Shown: positions 50,201 through 59,662 of the stretch, piece by piece
How the letters are laid out: each line of letters begins with the position of its first letter
How positions within the stretch are numbered: the stretch's first letter is position 1
NCBI GenBank assembly: GCA_964387845.1
Contig: CAYLXA010000005.1
Coordinates: forward strand, 96,001-160,000
DNA: 64,000 nucleotides
Direction of reading: 5' to 3'
From: an uncultured bacterium
Lineage (GTDB): Bacteria; Omnitrophota; Omnitrophia; Omnitrophales; Abzuiibacteriaceae
Position numbers and translations under genes: made by a program
Notes under the pieces: model-generated
Seen by the model: only the letters and a program-made list of their open reading frames with translations
Told to the model about the DNA's origin: nothing
Database searches by the model: none

Positions 50201-50679
50201 TTGTGAATTCTGCGAAAGAAATCATTACCAAGCGCGGCGATAAAATGGCGTTTGTGAATTTTGAAGACCTGAACGGAAGCTGTGAAATCGTCGTGTTTCC
50301 CGATCTTTATAAGACCGCATATCAACTGCTCGGCAAGGATTCTATTATTTTTGTGCGGGGCCGGGCAAACGCCAGGGAAGATACCGTCAAAATTATTGCG
50401 GAAGAAATTATTCCGCTGGAAGATGTTAAAAAGAAAATGACCAAAGTTGTGTCGATCGATTTGATGACCGCGGGCCTTGATCCGGCGCTTTTGTCGCAGC
50501 TGAAATCGGTTTTTGCCGAGCACAAAGGCATGACGCCCGTTCATCTCAATTTTCGCGACTCAACCGGAAAGGCCACCACGCTGGATTCCGGTGACAATTG
50601 CCGTGTTGAGGTGACCGACGAATTTTTCGAGAAAATCGAGAAGATTGTCGGTTCCAACATGATTAAAATCCGCTGCTAA
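47236..50679 (+). CDS. dnaE: DNA polymerase III alpha subunit
   Basis: The PHP domain 'FVHLHCHTQYSLLD', the polymerase core and an OB domain in an 1147 aa protein. Confidence 0.95.
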   Translation: MDHHSDFVHLHCHTQYSLLDAASKVEELVKRAADLKFPALAMTDHGNLFGAIEFYEKAMKAGVKPIIGMEAYIAPRSRFDKSAHGVKEASFHITLLVKNEVGYRNLLKLSSAAYLEGFYYRPRIDKEILKKHSEGLIALSGCLKGEVPYYLWNDQPQESKRAIKEFIDIFGRDDFYLECMNQGIEQQRRVVNEYLKLSKEFKLKMVATNDCHYIYQKDAQSHDALICIGTGSLISDEDRMRYHGDNFYLKSADEMKELFKELPEAVLETRAIADKCNLELDFSKTHLPAFKPPAGQSQKEYLRSLCFKLLANRFSGEIPKQYDERLRFELALIEKMGFVSYFLVVWDFIRFAKEKKIPVGPGRGSAAGSLVAYALGITNLDPIEHGLIFERFLNPERISMPDIDIDFCYERRDEVIAYVREKYGEESVAQIITFGTMAARAALRDVGRVMGLSYQDVDKIAKMVPIQLDMTLETALEVEPRMKQLAKSDPQVGQLIETSKALEGLARHASTHAAGVVISEGPLSDHCPLFKADDVITTQYDMKAVEKIGLLKMDFLGLRTLTVIDEAVRLIEKTRGVKIEIDSLKLEDKATYELLGHGESIGVFQLESSGMRDLLKKMKPKVFGDIVALLALYRPGPLGSGMVDDFIQRMHNPKLIKYDHPALEPILRETYGIILYQEQVMQIVSTLAGFSMAKADSLRRAMGKKIPEIMEKEKESFLKGAGDNGIQPRIAEKIWNLIEYFSGYGFNKSHSTAYAYISYQTAYLKANYTVEFMTALLTSEKDNTDKIVRYIDESKRLGLQVTPPSINESFSVFTCVGNVICFGLSAVKNVGTTAVESIIETRSEKGKFKSLVDFVERVDLRVCNRKVLESLIKCGAFDGFKLKRSQMMAMVDRLLEIGAKTQKDRSKGQLSLLDQLDSSDGFKEHMHDAPDIEEWPENELLAHEREMLGFFVSTHPLARFENVLKTYASTTTANLNDLSDQAGVSMGGIVNSAKEIITKRGDKMAFVNFEDLNGSCEIVVFPDLYKTAYQLLGKDSIIFVRGRANAREDTVKIIAEEIIPLEDVKKKMTKVVSIDLMTAGLDPALLSQLKSVFAEHKGMTPVHLNFRDSTGKATTLDSGDNCRVEVTDEFFEKIEKIVGSNMIKIRC

Positions 50680-50688
50680 AATCTCTCT

Positions 50689-50716
50689 GGTTTTACCTGT
50701 AAAAACCGGCTTTTCT
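50689..50716 (+). terminator. Weak terminator-like hairpin after dnaE
   Basis: 'ggtttt-acctgt-aaaacc' followed by 'ggcttttctc'. Confidence 0.35.
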
Positions 50717-50759
50717 CTCGTTAAGTGTAGCTCATTCAATGAGTTAGAATAAAAAGATG

Positions 50760-50788
50760 CTTGACAATAGAAGCCAAAGTTTGTATTT
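50760..50788 (+). promoter_or_regulatory. Putative promoter of hup (TTGACA, 17 nt spacer, TATTTT)
   Basis: 'ttgacaatagaagccaaagtttgtatttt'. Confidence 0.4.
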
Positions 50789-50844
50789 TCTTATCCTGTA
50801 ATCACTTACAGAGTTTTAGTCCCCTGACAGAGGAGGCAGCCCGA

Positions 50845-51117
50845 ATGACAAAAAAAGACATTGTCATGAAAATTTCAAACGAGACAAATCTGACGCAGAT
50901 CGACGTCAAAAAAATCGTTCAACGTACGCTGGATGCCGTTGCGGAAAGCCTGGAGCGCGGCGAAACCGTCGAGCTTCGCAATTTCGGCGTTTTCAAAGTG
51001 AAAAGCCGCCGCGGCAGGCTGGGACGCAATCCCAGAACCGGCCAAGAAGTCCAAGTTCCGGAAAAGAAAGTAGTCGTTTTCAAGCCGGGACTTATTTTGA
51101 AACATAAAGTTAAGTAG
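50845..51117 (+). CDS. hup: HU/IHF-family nucleoid protein
   Basis: 'MTKKDIV...GFGVFKVKSRRGRLGRNPRTGQEVQVP'. A 'gaggagg' RBS precedes the ATG. Confidence 0.9.
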   Translation: MTKKDIVMKISNETNLTQIDVKKIVQRTLDAVAESLERGETVELRNFGVFKVKSRRGRLGRNPRTGQEVQVPEKKVVVFKPGLILKHKVK

Positions 51118-51144
51118 TCGTTTTCGTTTGAAGGAGAAATAGAA

Positions 51145-51369
51145 ATGGCAGAGAAGGGCAAAGTGAAGTGGTTTTCGAATGTAAAGGGTTATGGCTTTCT
51201 TGAAAAAGACGGCGGTGACAAAGATATCTTCGTTCATTATTCCGCGATCCAAAAGCAAGGCTACAAGCGTTTAAAAGGCGGCGATGCAGTTTCGTTCGAT
51301 GTTGTGGATGGCGCCAAGGGCCCTCAGGCATCTAACGTTGTAATCGAAAAGAAAGAAGAAAAGAAGTAA
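51145..51369 (+). CDS. csp: Cold-shock protein (CspA family)
   Basis: '[15 protein letters not shown]' with the RNP1 motif. Confidence 0.9.
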   Translation: MAEKGKVKWFSNVKGYGFLEKDGGDKDIFVHYSAIQKQGYKRLKGGDAVSFDVVDGAKGPQASNVVIEKKEEKK

Positions 51370-51417
51370 CCGTTTTTTTGATTCAAATCCCGTATTTCTT
51401 CCGAAACGGATTATTCC

Positions 51418-52188
51418 GTGCCAGCTGAGCGATCCAAAAAACGCTTTTTTTCATCCGAAATTTTAAGCTCCCGCCCGAAAACTATCCTTCTAGATCCGGA
51501 TGAGTCGCATCATCTGCGGCACGTCCTCAGGCTCGAAACGCGCGACCATTGCCTGGTCTTCGACCGGGAAGGAAATGAATGGTCCGGCAAAGTTTCGGGT
51601 TTTTCAAAAAGCGGCCAAGCCGAAATCGAATTGCTCAATCCAATGAAACGCGCATCGGCGAGCCCGATTGAGCTTGTGATCGCGCAGGCAATCCCGCAGC
51701 GTTCAAAAATGGATGAGATTGTTGAAAAGGCGGCCGAGCTTGGGGTTCATCAGGTGGTTCCGCTTGTAACGGAACGGACGATTGTCCGCATTAAAAAGGA
51801 AGACGAAGCGAAAGTAATGGCGCGATGGTCTAAAATTGTGCAGATTGCGCAAAAACAATGCCATTCGCACGTGCCGACCGAAGTCGTGAAACCCGTTTCT
51901 TTCGAAAAATTTTTAGATTCAATCGAAGACCGCTCGCTTGCGTTTATTTTTGACCCCATCGCCGAAAATGGCCTCCGCGAAACGCTTGAAAATTTACGGC
52001 AAAAAATAAAAAACAAAACTTCCGTCACAATCACGGCTTTAATCGGGCCTGAAGGCGGATTTTCGGAGAAAGAATTTAAATCAGCTGTCTCGAAAGGCAT
52101 TCAGCCTGTGTTATTGGGAGAAACCTTGCTTAAAACCGATACGGCGTTTGTAACGATTGCAAGCGCTTTTCAGTATGGTGTTTTATGA
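51418..52188 (+). CDS. rsmE: 16S rRNA (uracil1498-N3)-methyltransferase
   Basis: 'ALIGPEGGFSEKE' and overall RsmE-like sequence. Confidence 0.8.
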   Translation: MPAERSKKRFFSSEILSSRPKTILLDPDESHHLRHVLRLETRDHCLVFDREGNEWSGKVSGFSKSGQAEIELLNPMKRASASPIELVIAQAIPQRSKMDEIVEKAAELGVHQVVPLVTERTIVRIKKEDEAKVMARWSKIVQIAQKQCHSHVPTEVVKPVSFEKFLDSIEDRSLAFIFDPIAENGLRETLENLRQKIKNKTSVTITALIGPEGGFSEKEFKSAVSKGIQPVLLGETLLKTDTAFVTIASAFQYGVL

Positions 52189-53519
52189 GTGAAAATTTAA
52201 AAAAAGAAACCGTCAAATACGTGACGCTCGGCTGCCGGCTCAATCAATATGAAACGCAGGCGATGCGCGAAAGCCTCGAGTCGCGCGGATTTTGCGAAGC
52301 AGCCGGCGATCAAAGGGCGGATGTTTATGTTTTAAATACCTGCACGGTGACGAATGACAGTGACCGCACGAGCCGCTACTTGATCCGCAAATTTCACCGG
52401 GAAAATCCGAACGCCAAAATCATCGTGACGGGCTGTTACGTGGAGCGCAACCGGAATGAAGTGGCGAGTCTGCCCGGCGTGACGCATGTGCTTCTCAACC
52501 GTCAGAAATCCGACATCGCCGATCTGCTTGATAGCTGCACGGGCCTTGCGCTTCGGGCTTCGGAATTGCCGCTCCGGTCAAAATCAGAATTTACACCGCT
52601 TTCTATTTCGGAATTTGCCGGCAAAACGCGCGCCCACATCAAAGTTCAGGACGGCTGCAATCACGCCTGCTCATTTTGCAAAGTCGTGCTTGTGCGCGGA
52701 AAATCCCGGAGCAGGCCGCTTCAAGACATTATCGAAGAAGCGAAGCGTCTTTCTGAAAACGGATATTCGGAAGTTGTGCTGACCGGCATTCAGCTCGGCG
52801 CTTACGGCCTTGACCTTGCTTCAAAAATTTCTTTGGTTGAAGTGATTCGCGAATTGGAATCAATTGAGAAAATCAAACGGATTCGTTTGAGTTCGATTGA
52901 ACCGATTGACGTTACGGACGAGTTGATTCAGGCGATGAAAGAGTCAAAGAAAGCGTGCCCGCATCTCCATATTCCGCTTCAAAGCGGTTCCGATGAAGTT
53001 CTAAAGGCAATGAACCGTCGGTATGGGCGCGAATTTTATATCGACCTCATTCAAAAATTAAAATCCAAAATCCCGGACTTTGTTTTAACGGCGGATGTGA
53101 TGGTGGGTTTTCCGGCAGAGACCGACTTTGAATTCGAAGAAACCGTGCAGCTGCTTGAGCAAGTGAAGCCTTTTAAGTTGCACGTGTTTCCGTATAGTGC
53201 CCGCGAAGGGACGCGCGCGTTTGCATTGGGCGTTTTGGATCCGAAGGTGATCCGGAGGCGTCAAACTGTTTTGAATCAGCTGGATGCCAAATTGCGCGCG
53301 GAAGTGTTAAAATCCTACGTTAGCCGCACCCTTGAAATTTTGATTGAAAACGAAACCGAAGGCGCAGATTATATAGAAGGCAGGGCGGTTAACTATTTGC
53401 CGGCCCGTTTCGATTTATCAGAAGGTTTAAAAGCCGGCGATATAGTCAGCGCTGTCATGCAATCGTCAAGCATTGATGCTCTATCCGGAAAATTAGAAAA
53501 GGAACTCATTCGTGACTGA
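52185..53519 (+). CDS. MiaB-family radical-SAM methylthiotransferase (MtaB-like)
   Basis: The MTTase N-terminus 'TLGCRLNQYETQAM', the radical-SAM 'CNHACSFC' and a TRAM-like C-terminus. Confidence 0.75.
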   Translation: MSENLKKETVKYVTLGCRLNQYETQAMRESLESRGFCEAAGDQRADVYVLNTCTVTNDSDRTSRYLIRKFHRENPNAKIIVTGCYVERNRNEVASLPGVTHVLLNRQKSDIADLLDSCTGLALRASELPLRSKSEFTPLSISEFAGKTRAHIKVQDGCNHACSFCKVVLVRGKSRSRPLQDIIEEAKRLSENGYSEVVLTGIQLGAYGLDLASKISLVEVIRELESIEKIKRIRLSSIEPIDVTDELIQAMKESKKACPHLHIPLQSGSDEVLKAMNRRYGREFYIDLIQKLKSKIPDFVLTADVMVGFPAETDFEFEETVQLLEQVKPFKLHVFPYSAREGTRAFALGVLDPKVIRRRQTVLNQLDAKLRAEVLKSYVSRTLEILIENETEGADYIEGRAVNYLPARFDLSEGLKAGDIVSAVMQSSSIDALSGKLEKELIRD

Positions 53520-54093
53520 TCCGACCCATACACCGTGGTTTCATGCGCTTGCCCGGCTGCCGTCCCAATTCAGCTCGCTGACGTGGCTGGACTATACATT
53601 TTTGATTGTTATCCTGGTCGGGCTTTTGATCGGTAACCGGAAGGGCTTTGCGGCATTCCTGGGGCATTTGATTGTGCTTGTGTTTTCAGTCACCATCACG
53701 CATCAATTTGCGGCACCCATCGCGCAGTCATTTCCGTTTGAGTCGCCGATCGCTAGAATGCTGATGAGCGCGCTGACGTTTGCTTCGATGGCGATTGTGA
53801 GCATGTTTTGCGTCGGAATCGTGTTTAAAGTGATCGGGAAGGTGCTCCAATTTAAATTCTCGGAATTTGTCGACCGTTTAACCGGCGCCATTTTGGGAAG
53901 CCTGTATTTTGTGCTGCTGCTTTCTTTTATTTCGAATTTTGCACTTATTTTTCCGGGCGAGTGGCTTCAGAAAACTTACCGAGAGCAGGCATTGGTCGGC
54001 AAGTTTTTAATTACGCTTTCGCCGAAAATTCATAATGGCATTATTCAGTTCGTTCCGCCGGAATGGCGCGGGCTTAAAGCCGAGTTAAAATGA
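53512..54093 (+). CDS. cvpA: CvpA-family membrane protein
   Basis: Four TM helices with the CvpA-like pattern. Confidence 0.65.
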   Translation: MTDPTHTPWFHALARLPSQFSSLTWLDYTFLIVILVGLLIGNRKGFAAFLGHLIVLVFSVTITHQFAAPIAQSFPFESPIARMLMSALTFASMAIVSMFCVGIVFKVIGKVLQFKFSEFVDRLTGAILGSLYFVLLLSFISNFALIFPGEWLQKTYREQALVGKFLITLSPKIHNGIIQFVPPEWRGLKAELK

Positions 54094-54749
54094 AGTTGGT
54101 TGAAGCAGCTCAAAATTCCGGAGCCGGTTTAATATCGCGGAAGCTGGCGCGCGAATTTTACGCCCGCCCGGCTCGTGTTGTTGCGATTGAATTAATCGGA
54201 AAAGTTTTGGTGTATCGCAGCTCTCAAGATGAATTTCGCGGCCGCATTGTAGAAACTGAGGCTTATCAAGGCGCCGATGATCCCGCAAGCCACGCTTACC
54301 GCGGCCCGACGCCGCGCAATCAGGTGATGTTTGGAAAACCGGGCGTCAGTTATGTGTATTTCACTTACGGGAATCACCATTGCATGAATGTTGTCACGGA
54401 TTCTGACGGTGTTGCGGGCGCTGTTTTGATCCGGGCGCTCGAACCTCTGACCGGCACCCAATCCATGAAGGAAAACCGCGGTGTTTCAAGTCTCGAACAG
54501 CTTGCAAGCGGCCCGGGGAAACTGACCCAAGCATTTGGCATTACGCGCGCGCAGAACGGCATCGATTTGACGGAAGATGTCTTATATATAGAAGGCGAAA
54601 CCCATGATTTTTGCAGGATCGGCGCCTCGGCCAGGATCGGCATTTCGGCTGCCGCGGACCGACTGCTCCGGTTTTACGAAGAAAATAATCCGCATGTGTC
54701 TACCTATCGAAAGAAAGCGTTAAATGGCTTACGATCAGCGAATCATTGA
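54090..54749 (+). CDS. mpg: DNA-3-methyladenine glycosylase (Mpg/AAG family)
   Basis: 'RIVETEAYQG...DPASHAYRG.TPRN..MFG.PG..YVYFTYG.HHC.N'. Confidence 0.85.
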   Translation: MKLVEAAQNSGAGLISRKLAREFYARPARVVAIELIGKVLVYRSSQDEFRGRIVETEAYQGADDPASHAYRGPTPRNQVMFGKPGVSYVYFTYGNHHCMNVVTDSDGVAGAVLIRALEPLTGTQSMKENRGVSSLEQLASGPGKLTQAFGITRAQNGIDLTEDVLYIEGETHDFCRIGASARIGISAAADRLLRFYEENNPHVSTYRKKALNGLRSANH

Positions 54750-56559
54750 ACAGGTCCAGTCTCTGAACGATATTGTGGAGGTGCTTTCCAATTATATCGT
54801 TCTGAAACGCGCAGGACGCGGCTTCAAGGCGGTTTGCCCGTTTCACGGCGAAAAGACGCCCTCTTTTCACGTGAATCCCGAAAGGCAGATCTTTCATTGT
54901 TTCGGCTGCGGCGAAGGCGGCGATGTGTTTGCGTTTTTGATGAAGCACGAGCAGATGAGCTTTCCGGAAGCGCTCAAGATGCTTGCCGAGCGCGTTCATG
55001 TGACGCTGCCCGAAACTAGTTTTCAGAAGCAGGAAAAAAGCCAAAGCGATGTTCTGTATCAGATTTATGAACAGGCGCAAAATTTCTACCGCGCTCAATT
55101 TTTGGAGACACAGGCGGCCGCAAAAGCACGCGACTACTGGAAAGCGCGCGGATTTGGTTCTGAAGAAGCAAAAACTTACGGCATCGGCTACGCGCCGGAC
55201 GATTGGCGGCAGCTTTTTGAATTCTTGAGCAAAAAGGGTTTTAAACAGGACCTGCTTTTAAAAAGCGGCCTCTTCGGCCGTTCCGGACAGGGAAATCCGT
55301 ATGACCTTTTCCGCTCGCGGCTCATGTTTCCGATTCATAATCTGCAGAACAAAGTGATGGCCTTTGGCGGCCGTATTCTCGAATCCGGAGCAAAAACAGA
55401 CTCAAAATCCACGGAAAAGCAAGGCCCCAAATATTTGAATTCGCCCGAAACAGACATATTTAAGAAGCGGCGCGAATTTTACGGGCTTCCGGCCGCGCGC
55501 AAATCGCTTCTTTCGCAGGGCGATATCCGCCGGTTTTTGATTGTCGAAGGTTATATGGATTGCATCCAGCTGCAGGTCCACGGATTTCAAAATACGGTCG
55601 CGACACTCGGAACGGCGCTCACGCCCGAGCATGTCCGGATCCTGAAACGCTACATCGATGAAGCGATTATGGTTTATGACGGCGACAAAGCAGGCGAAGA
55701 GGCCGCGCTGCGCGGTTTGGATGTATTTTTGGAAGAAGGTTTGAGTGTCCGCGCACTCAGTCTGCCGAAAGGAATGGACCCAGATGACTTTATCCGCTCA
55801 AAAGGCGAAGCGGCTTTGCGCGAAATGGTTGAGAACGCGCAGGATTTCTTCGATTTTAAATTGCGGGCACTGCTTTCAAAATACAACAAGACGGATTCGA
55901 TCGGGCTTCTTAAAATTACAAACGAATTTTTTGATACTTTTCTCAAAATTCAAAGCTCCGTGCTGCTGGACCGCTACCTGAAACGGCTTGCGTCTTCGCT
56001 CGGCGTCGACGAACGGTCTATCCGCCAGGAATTTTCGAAACTCCAGTCAAAAGGCAAAATGATGCGCCAAGGAGAGCCCGCTCAACCCGCTCAGCCCGCG
56101 CAACCAAAAGTCACGACCAGCGAGCTTGCATATGAAAAAGTGATGCTGGCGATTTTATTGCAGTATCCGCAGCTTTTGGAGTCATTCCGGTATGAGCTTC
56201 CGGATTATGAATTTCAGGGAAGGCAGTCGCGCGAACTTTTTCAGCTGCTTGGCCATCAAATTTCGAAAAATCCGGAGCAGTTTTCGTCCGTCAAATTTTT
56301 GGGGCAGGTGACCGATGCCGTACTCAGGCGTTTTGTGAGCGAACTAGCCGTATCGGAATGGAGCGAGAGCGAAGCCGAGCGCGCTTTTCGCGATTGCCTG
56401 CAGAAAATGAAGCATGTCACCAAAGAAACCCAGCTCAAAGAACTCCGCAACAAAATCAGCCGAGCCGAAGAAATCCGGGATCACAAGGCGGTCGATCAAC
56501 TGATGCAGGAATATAAGCAGCTTCTCGGTTCGTCCGGTTCTAAGGCTTCTTTCGATTAA
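54724..56559 (+). CDS. dnaG: DNA primase
   Basis: The zinc ribbon 'CPFHGEKTPSFHVNPERQIFHCFGCGEGGDV' and the TOPRIM 'EGYMD'. Confidence 0.95.
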   Translation: MAYDQRIIEQVQSLNDIVEVLSNYIVLKRAGRGFKAVCPFHGEKTPSFHVNPERQIFHCFGCGEGGDVFAFLMKHEQMSFPEALKMLAERVHVTLPETSFQKQEKSQSDVLYQIYEQAQNFYRAQFLETQAAAKARDYWKARGFGSEEAKTYGIGYAPDDWRQLFEFLSKKGFKQDLLLKSGLFGRSGQGNPYDLFRSRLMFPIHNLQNKVMAFGGRILESGAKTDSKSTEKQGPKYLNSPETDIFKKRREFYGLPAARKSLLSQGDIRRFLIVEGYMDCIQLQVHGFQNTVATLGTALTPEHVRILKRYIDEAIMVYDGDKAGEEAALRGLDVFLEEGLSVRALSLPKGMDPDDFIRSKGEAALREMVENAQDFFDFKLRALLSKYNKTDSIGLLKITNEFFDTFLKIQSSVLLDRYLKRLASSLGVDERSIRQEFSKLQSKGKMMRQGEPAQPAQPAQPKVTTSELAYEKVMLAILLQYPQLLESFRYELPDYEFQGRQSRELFQLLGHQISKNPEQFSSVKFLGQVTDAVLRRFVSELAVSEWSESEAERAFRDCLQKMKHVTKETQLKELRNKISRAEEIRDHKAVDQLMQEYKQLLGSSGSKASFD

Positions 56560-56691
56560 AAATCACTTCCTTGGAATCACCTTAAATTTTCTGTAAGTTA
56601 TTTTAAATAAACAACTTACGTCAATTTAACGCCTCACTTCTATTTCCAGTCGGTTTAATAATTTGCAAAACAGGTGTGCAAAAGATACAAT

Positions 56692-58575
56692 ATGCGCTTT
56701 TCACGAGAATCGCTGGCAAACCCGCTAACCCCATTGGCAGAAATGAATAAGCGCAAAAAGAAAACTTTGGCTCAAAAGAAAAAGAACAACAAGAAGTCAA
56801 AGCACGCTTTTAGCCATACACCTAAACGTCCAGCCAAGGCGAAATCGCGCCCTGCGGAAAAATCTAAAACAAAAGTTAAGGCACAGAAAACCCAAATTGC
56901 CGCCAAATCCCTTACCCGTGAAGCCGTTCACAAATTAGCCAAACTGGCACAGCAGGCAACCGCTGCCATCGGCAAGCTCAAGAACAATAAAGATGAGAAG
57001 GGTAAAACGTCTGCCGGAAAACCGAAGAGTTATCAGGACGCGCTCAATAAACTAATTGCGCTTGGCAAAAAGCAGGGCTATTTAACCTACGAACAGATCA
57101 ACAACGCCATTCCGTCCGAAATCATGGAATCGGATAAGATCGAAGAAGTTATTACGGCGCTTTCCGAGAAAAATATCGAAATTACCACCAGCGCGGTCCA
57201 GCGCGAAAAAGGCGCGCCCGCTGCGGATGATAAAGATTCCGACAAAGATTCCAGCGATGAAAAGGAAGGCGAGGAGTTTGAGCGCGTCCGCATGGACGAT
57301 CCTGTCCGGATGTATTTGCGGCAGATGGGCCAAATTCCGCTTTTAAAACGCGAAGAGGAAATCGCGCTCGCCAAACGCATCGAAGCAGCAGAAGCCGATT
57401 TGAAACGCGCCGTCTATGAAATCCGTGCGGCCCGCGGCGAAGTTCTTAACCTGGTCAATCAAATCCTTCGCGGTGAAGTCAGCCTCGAAGCGATTATAGA
57501 AGAAGACGAGCAGGACAAAATTATGGTTACGAAGCGTGCGCTGCAGAAGCTCACGCGCAAGCTCCGGTCTTCGCGGAAGGGTTCGGACAATGTGCAGCTT
57601 TTGATGCAATTTAATCTGCATCCTGCCATCGTCGAGAAAATTTTGGCGAATTTGCGTTCCAAATTGCGGGAACTCGACCGTAACCGCCGCGATATCAAGC
57701 GTTACAAAAAATCACATGTTCGCGGAAAAGTAACAAACCTGATTTTACGAAACCGTGAAATCAATCGTGAATTCGGCGAAACGGAAGCTAAAATTTATGA
57801 CCATATGAAAGTGGTGGTCGAAAAAGAGCGGGAATTGGCGCGCGCCAAAAAAGCGCTGACTGCCGCCAATTTGAGGCTTGTGGTCAGTATTGCAAAAAAA
57901 TATACAAACCGCGGGCTTTCATTTCTGGATTTAATTCAGGAAGGCAATATCGGCCTCATGAAAGCGGTCGACAAATTCGAATACAAACGCGGTTATAAAT
58001 TTTCGACCTACGCAACTTGGTGGATCCGGCAGGCCATCACGCGTTCGATTGCCGATCAAGCGCGCACGATCAGGATTCCCGTCCACATGATCGAAACCAT
58101 TAATAAGTTTTTCCGCGCTTCGCGGCATTTGGTCCAGGAAACCGGCCGCGAGCCGACGCCGGAAGAAGTTGCGCGCGTGATGAAAATGCCGCTCGATAAA
58201 GTAAAAGGCATTTTGAAAATCGCACAGGAACCGATTTCACTTCAAACACCGATCGGAGATGAAGGGGATACGCAATTCGGCGATTTTATCGAAGACAAAT
58301 CTGCCGTGTCGCCCGCAAACGCAACGGCGTATTCAATGCTCAAAGAGCAGATGAATGATGTTCTAGATACTTTGACGGAGCGCGAAGAAAAAGTGTTGCG
58401 CCTGCGCTTCGGGATCGGCGACGGCTATCCGCGCACGCTCGAAGAAGTCGGCCAGATTTTTAACGTGACGCGCGAACGTGTCCGTCAGATTGAAGCCAAA
58501 GCGCTGCGGAAACTCCGCCATCCAACCCGTTCGCGCAAACTCAAGAATTTCCTCGATATCAAGTTAAGCGATTAA
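56692..58575 (+). CDS. rpoD: RNA polymerase primary sigma factor with a Lys-rich N-terminal extension
   Basis: Regions 1.2 to 4 are present, including '[19 protein letters not shown]' and '[20 protein letters not shown]'. The start is uncertain, with a GTG at 56674 and ATGs at 56692 and 56746. Confidence 0.9.
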   Translation: MRFSRESLANPLTPLAEMNKRKKKTLAQKKKNNKKSKHAFSHTPKRPAKAKSRPAEKSKTKVKAQKTQIAAKSLTREAVHKLAKLAQQATAAIGKLKNNKDEKGKTSAGKPKSYQDALNKLIALGKKQGYLTYEQINNAIPSEIMESDKIEEVITALSEKNIEITTSAVQREKGAPAADDKDSDKDSSDEKEGEEFERVRMDDPVRMYLRQMGQIPLLKREEEIALAKRIEAAEADLKRAVYEIRAARGEVLNLVNQILRGEVSLEAIIEEDEQDKIMVTKRALQKLTRKLRSSRKGSDNVQLLMQFNLHPAIVEKILANLRSKLRELDRNRRDIKRYKKSHVRGKVTNLILRNREINREFGETEAKIYDHMKVVVEKERELARAKKALTAANLRLVVSIAKKYTNRGLSFLDLIQEGNIGLMKAVDKFEYKRGYKFSTYATWWIRQAITRSIADQARTIRIPVHMIETINKFFRASRHLVQETGREPTPEEVARVMKMPLDKVKGILKIAQEPISLQTPIGDEGDTQFGDFIEDKSAVSPANATAYSMLKEQMNDVLDTLTEREEKVLRLRFGIGDGYPRTLEEVGQIFNVTRERVRQIEAKALRKLRHPTRSRKLKNFLDIKLSD

Positions 58576-58693
58576 ATCAGTTTTTCGCGAATTTCCTCTT
58601 TGCAGGGCTTTTATTTGTCCGCATAAAGGCTCTGTACATCCGAAGTTTTAAGCGTATAATTGCCCACATCGCCTTTCAACACAGGAGTTTGTC

Positions 58694-59287
58694 ATGAAAA
58701 GTGCTGCTTTTAAGTCATTTCTCCTTTTATCCCTATCTTTCTTTGCCGTTCAACCCGCTTTTGCCGCTCAATATAAAATTGATCCCGATCACACGACGGT
58801 ACAATTCGAAATCAAACATCTGCTCACCAACGTGCGCGGCCGGTTCAATCATTTCAGCGGAAGTTTCACTTATGAAGCCGGTAAGCCTGAAACCTGGAAT
58901 GCCAATGTTAACATTCAGGCCGAAAGCATCGATACGAACGTTTCGGCGCGCGACAAGCATTTGCGGTCCGAAGACTTCGTCGATGTTGAAAAATTTCCGA
59001 TATTGAAATTTGAAAGCACAGGTGTTTCGGATGCGGGTGAATCGAGTTTTAAGCTGCAGGGCAATTTAACGATTCATGGCGTGACGAAACCCGTGACATT
59101 TGATGCCGAAATTTTAGGGACCGCAAAAGATCCTTGGGGTAATACATTTGCAAGTTTTACGGCTACGGCCAAGATTAACCGCAAAGATTTCGGGTTGACT
59201 TGGAATCAGGCCGTGGAAACAGGCGGATTCCTGGTTGGGGACGAAGTGACCATCATGCTGGAAGTGGCGGGATTACTTCAAGCGTAA
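58694..59287 (+). CDS. YceI-family periplasmic protein
   Basis: A signal peptide followed by 'YKIDPDHTTVQFEIKHL...VRGRFNHFSGSF'. Confidence 0.8.
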   Translation: MKSAAFKSFLLLSLSFFAVQPAFAAQYKIDPDHTTVQFEIKHLLTNVRGRFNHFSGSFTYEAGKPETWNANVNIQAESIDTNVSARDKHLRSEDFVDVEKFPILKFESTGVSDAGESSFKLQGNLTIHGVTKPVTFDAEILGTAKDPWGNTFASFTATAKINRKDFGLTWNQAVETGGFLVGDEVTIMLEVAGLLQA

Positions 59288-59348
59288 TGGGAACTATTTC
59301 CGGCCGGAATGTGTTAAGTCAATAACATCAACAACAGGAGGAGTACAA

Positions 59349-59606
59349 GTGGAAAAGAAGAATAGCAAAAAGAAAGCATTGTTGGCGGCGTCCATCGCAG
59401 GCTTAATTGCGGTTGCAGGCGCGGTGTTGCCGGCATCAGTTGCTTATGCGGAAGATGTAAAATGTTCAGGCGTCAATGCTTGCAAGGGCAATGGCGATTG
59501 CGGCGGCGCGGGAAGTTCTTGTGCTGGTTCTAATGCCTGCAAAGGCCAGGGCTGGATTTCGGTTTCTGAGAAGGCCTGCAAGCAGCTCGGCGGAACAGTG
59601 GCTTAA
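59349..59606 (+). CDS. Bufferin-like RiPP precursor (Sec signal peptide plus a 6-Cys core, DUF2282-like)
   Basis: GTG start with an 'aggagg' RBS. The signal peptide is 'KKALLAASIAGLIAVAGAVLPASVAYA'. The core is 'KCSGVNACKGNGDCGGAGSSCAGSNACKGQGW...KACKQLGG'. It is immediately upstream of the DUF692 gene. Confidence 0.7.
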   Translation: MEKKNSKKKALLAASIAGLIAVAGAVLPASVAYAEDVKCSGVNACKGNGDCGGAGSSCAGSNACKGQGWISVSEKACKQLGGTVA

Positions 59607-59662
59607 TAGCTGTGCCTTGAGTTGGTTTGTTGAAATACCGTGAAGCGTGACTGGAAAATGCA

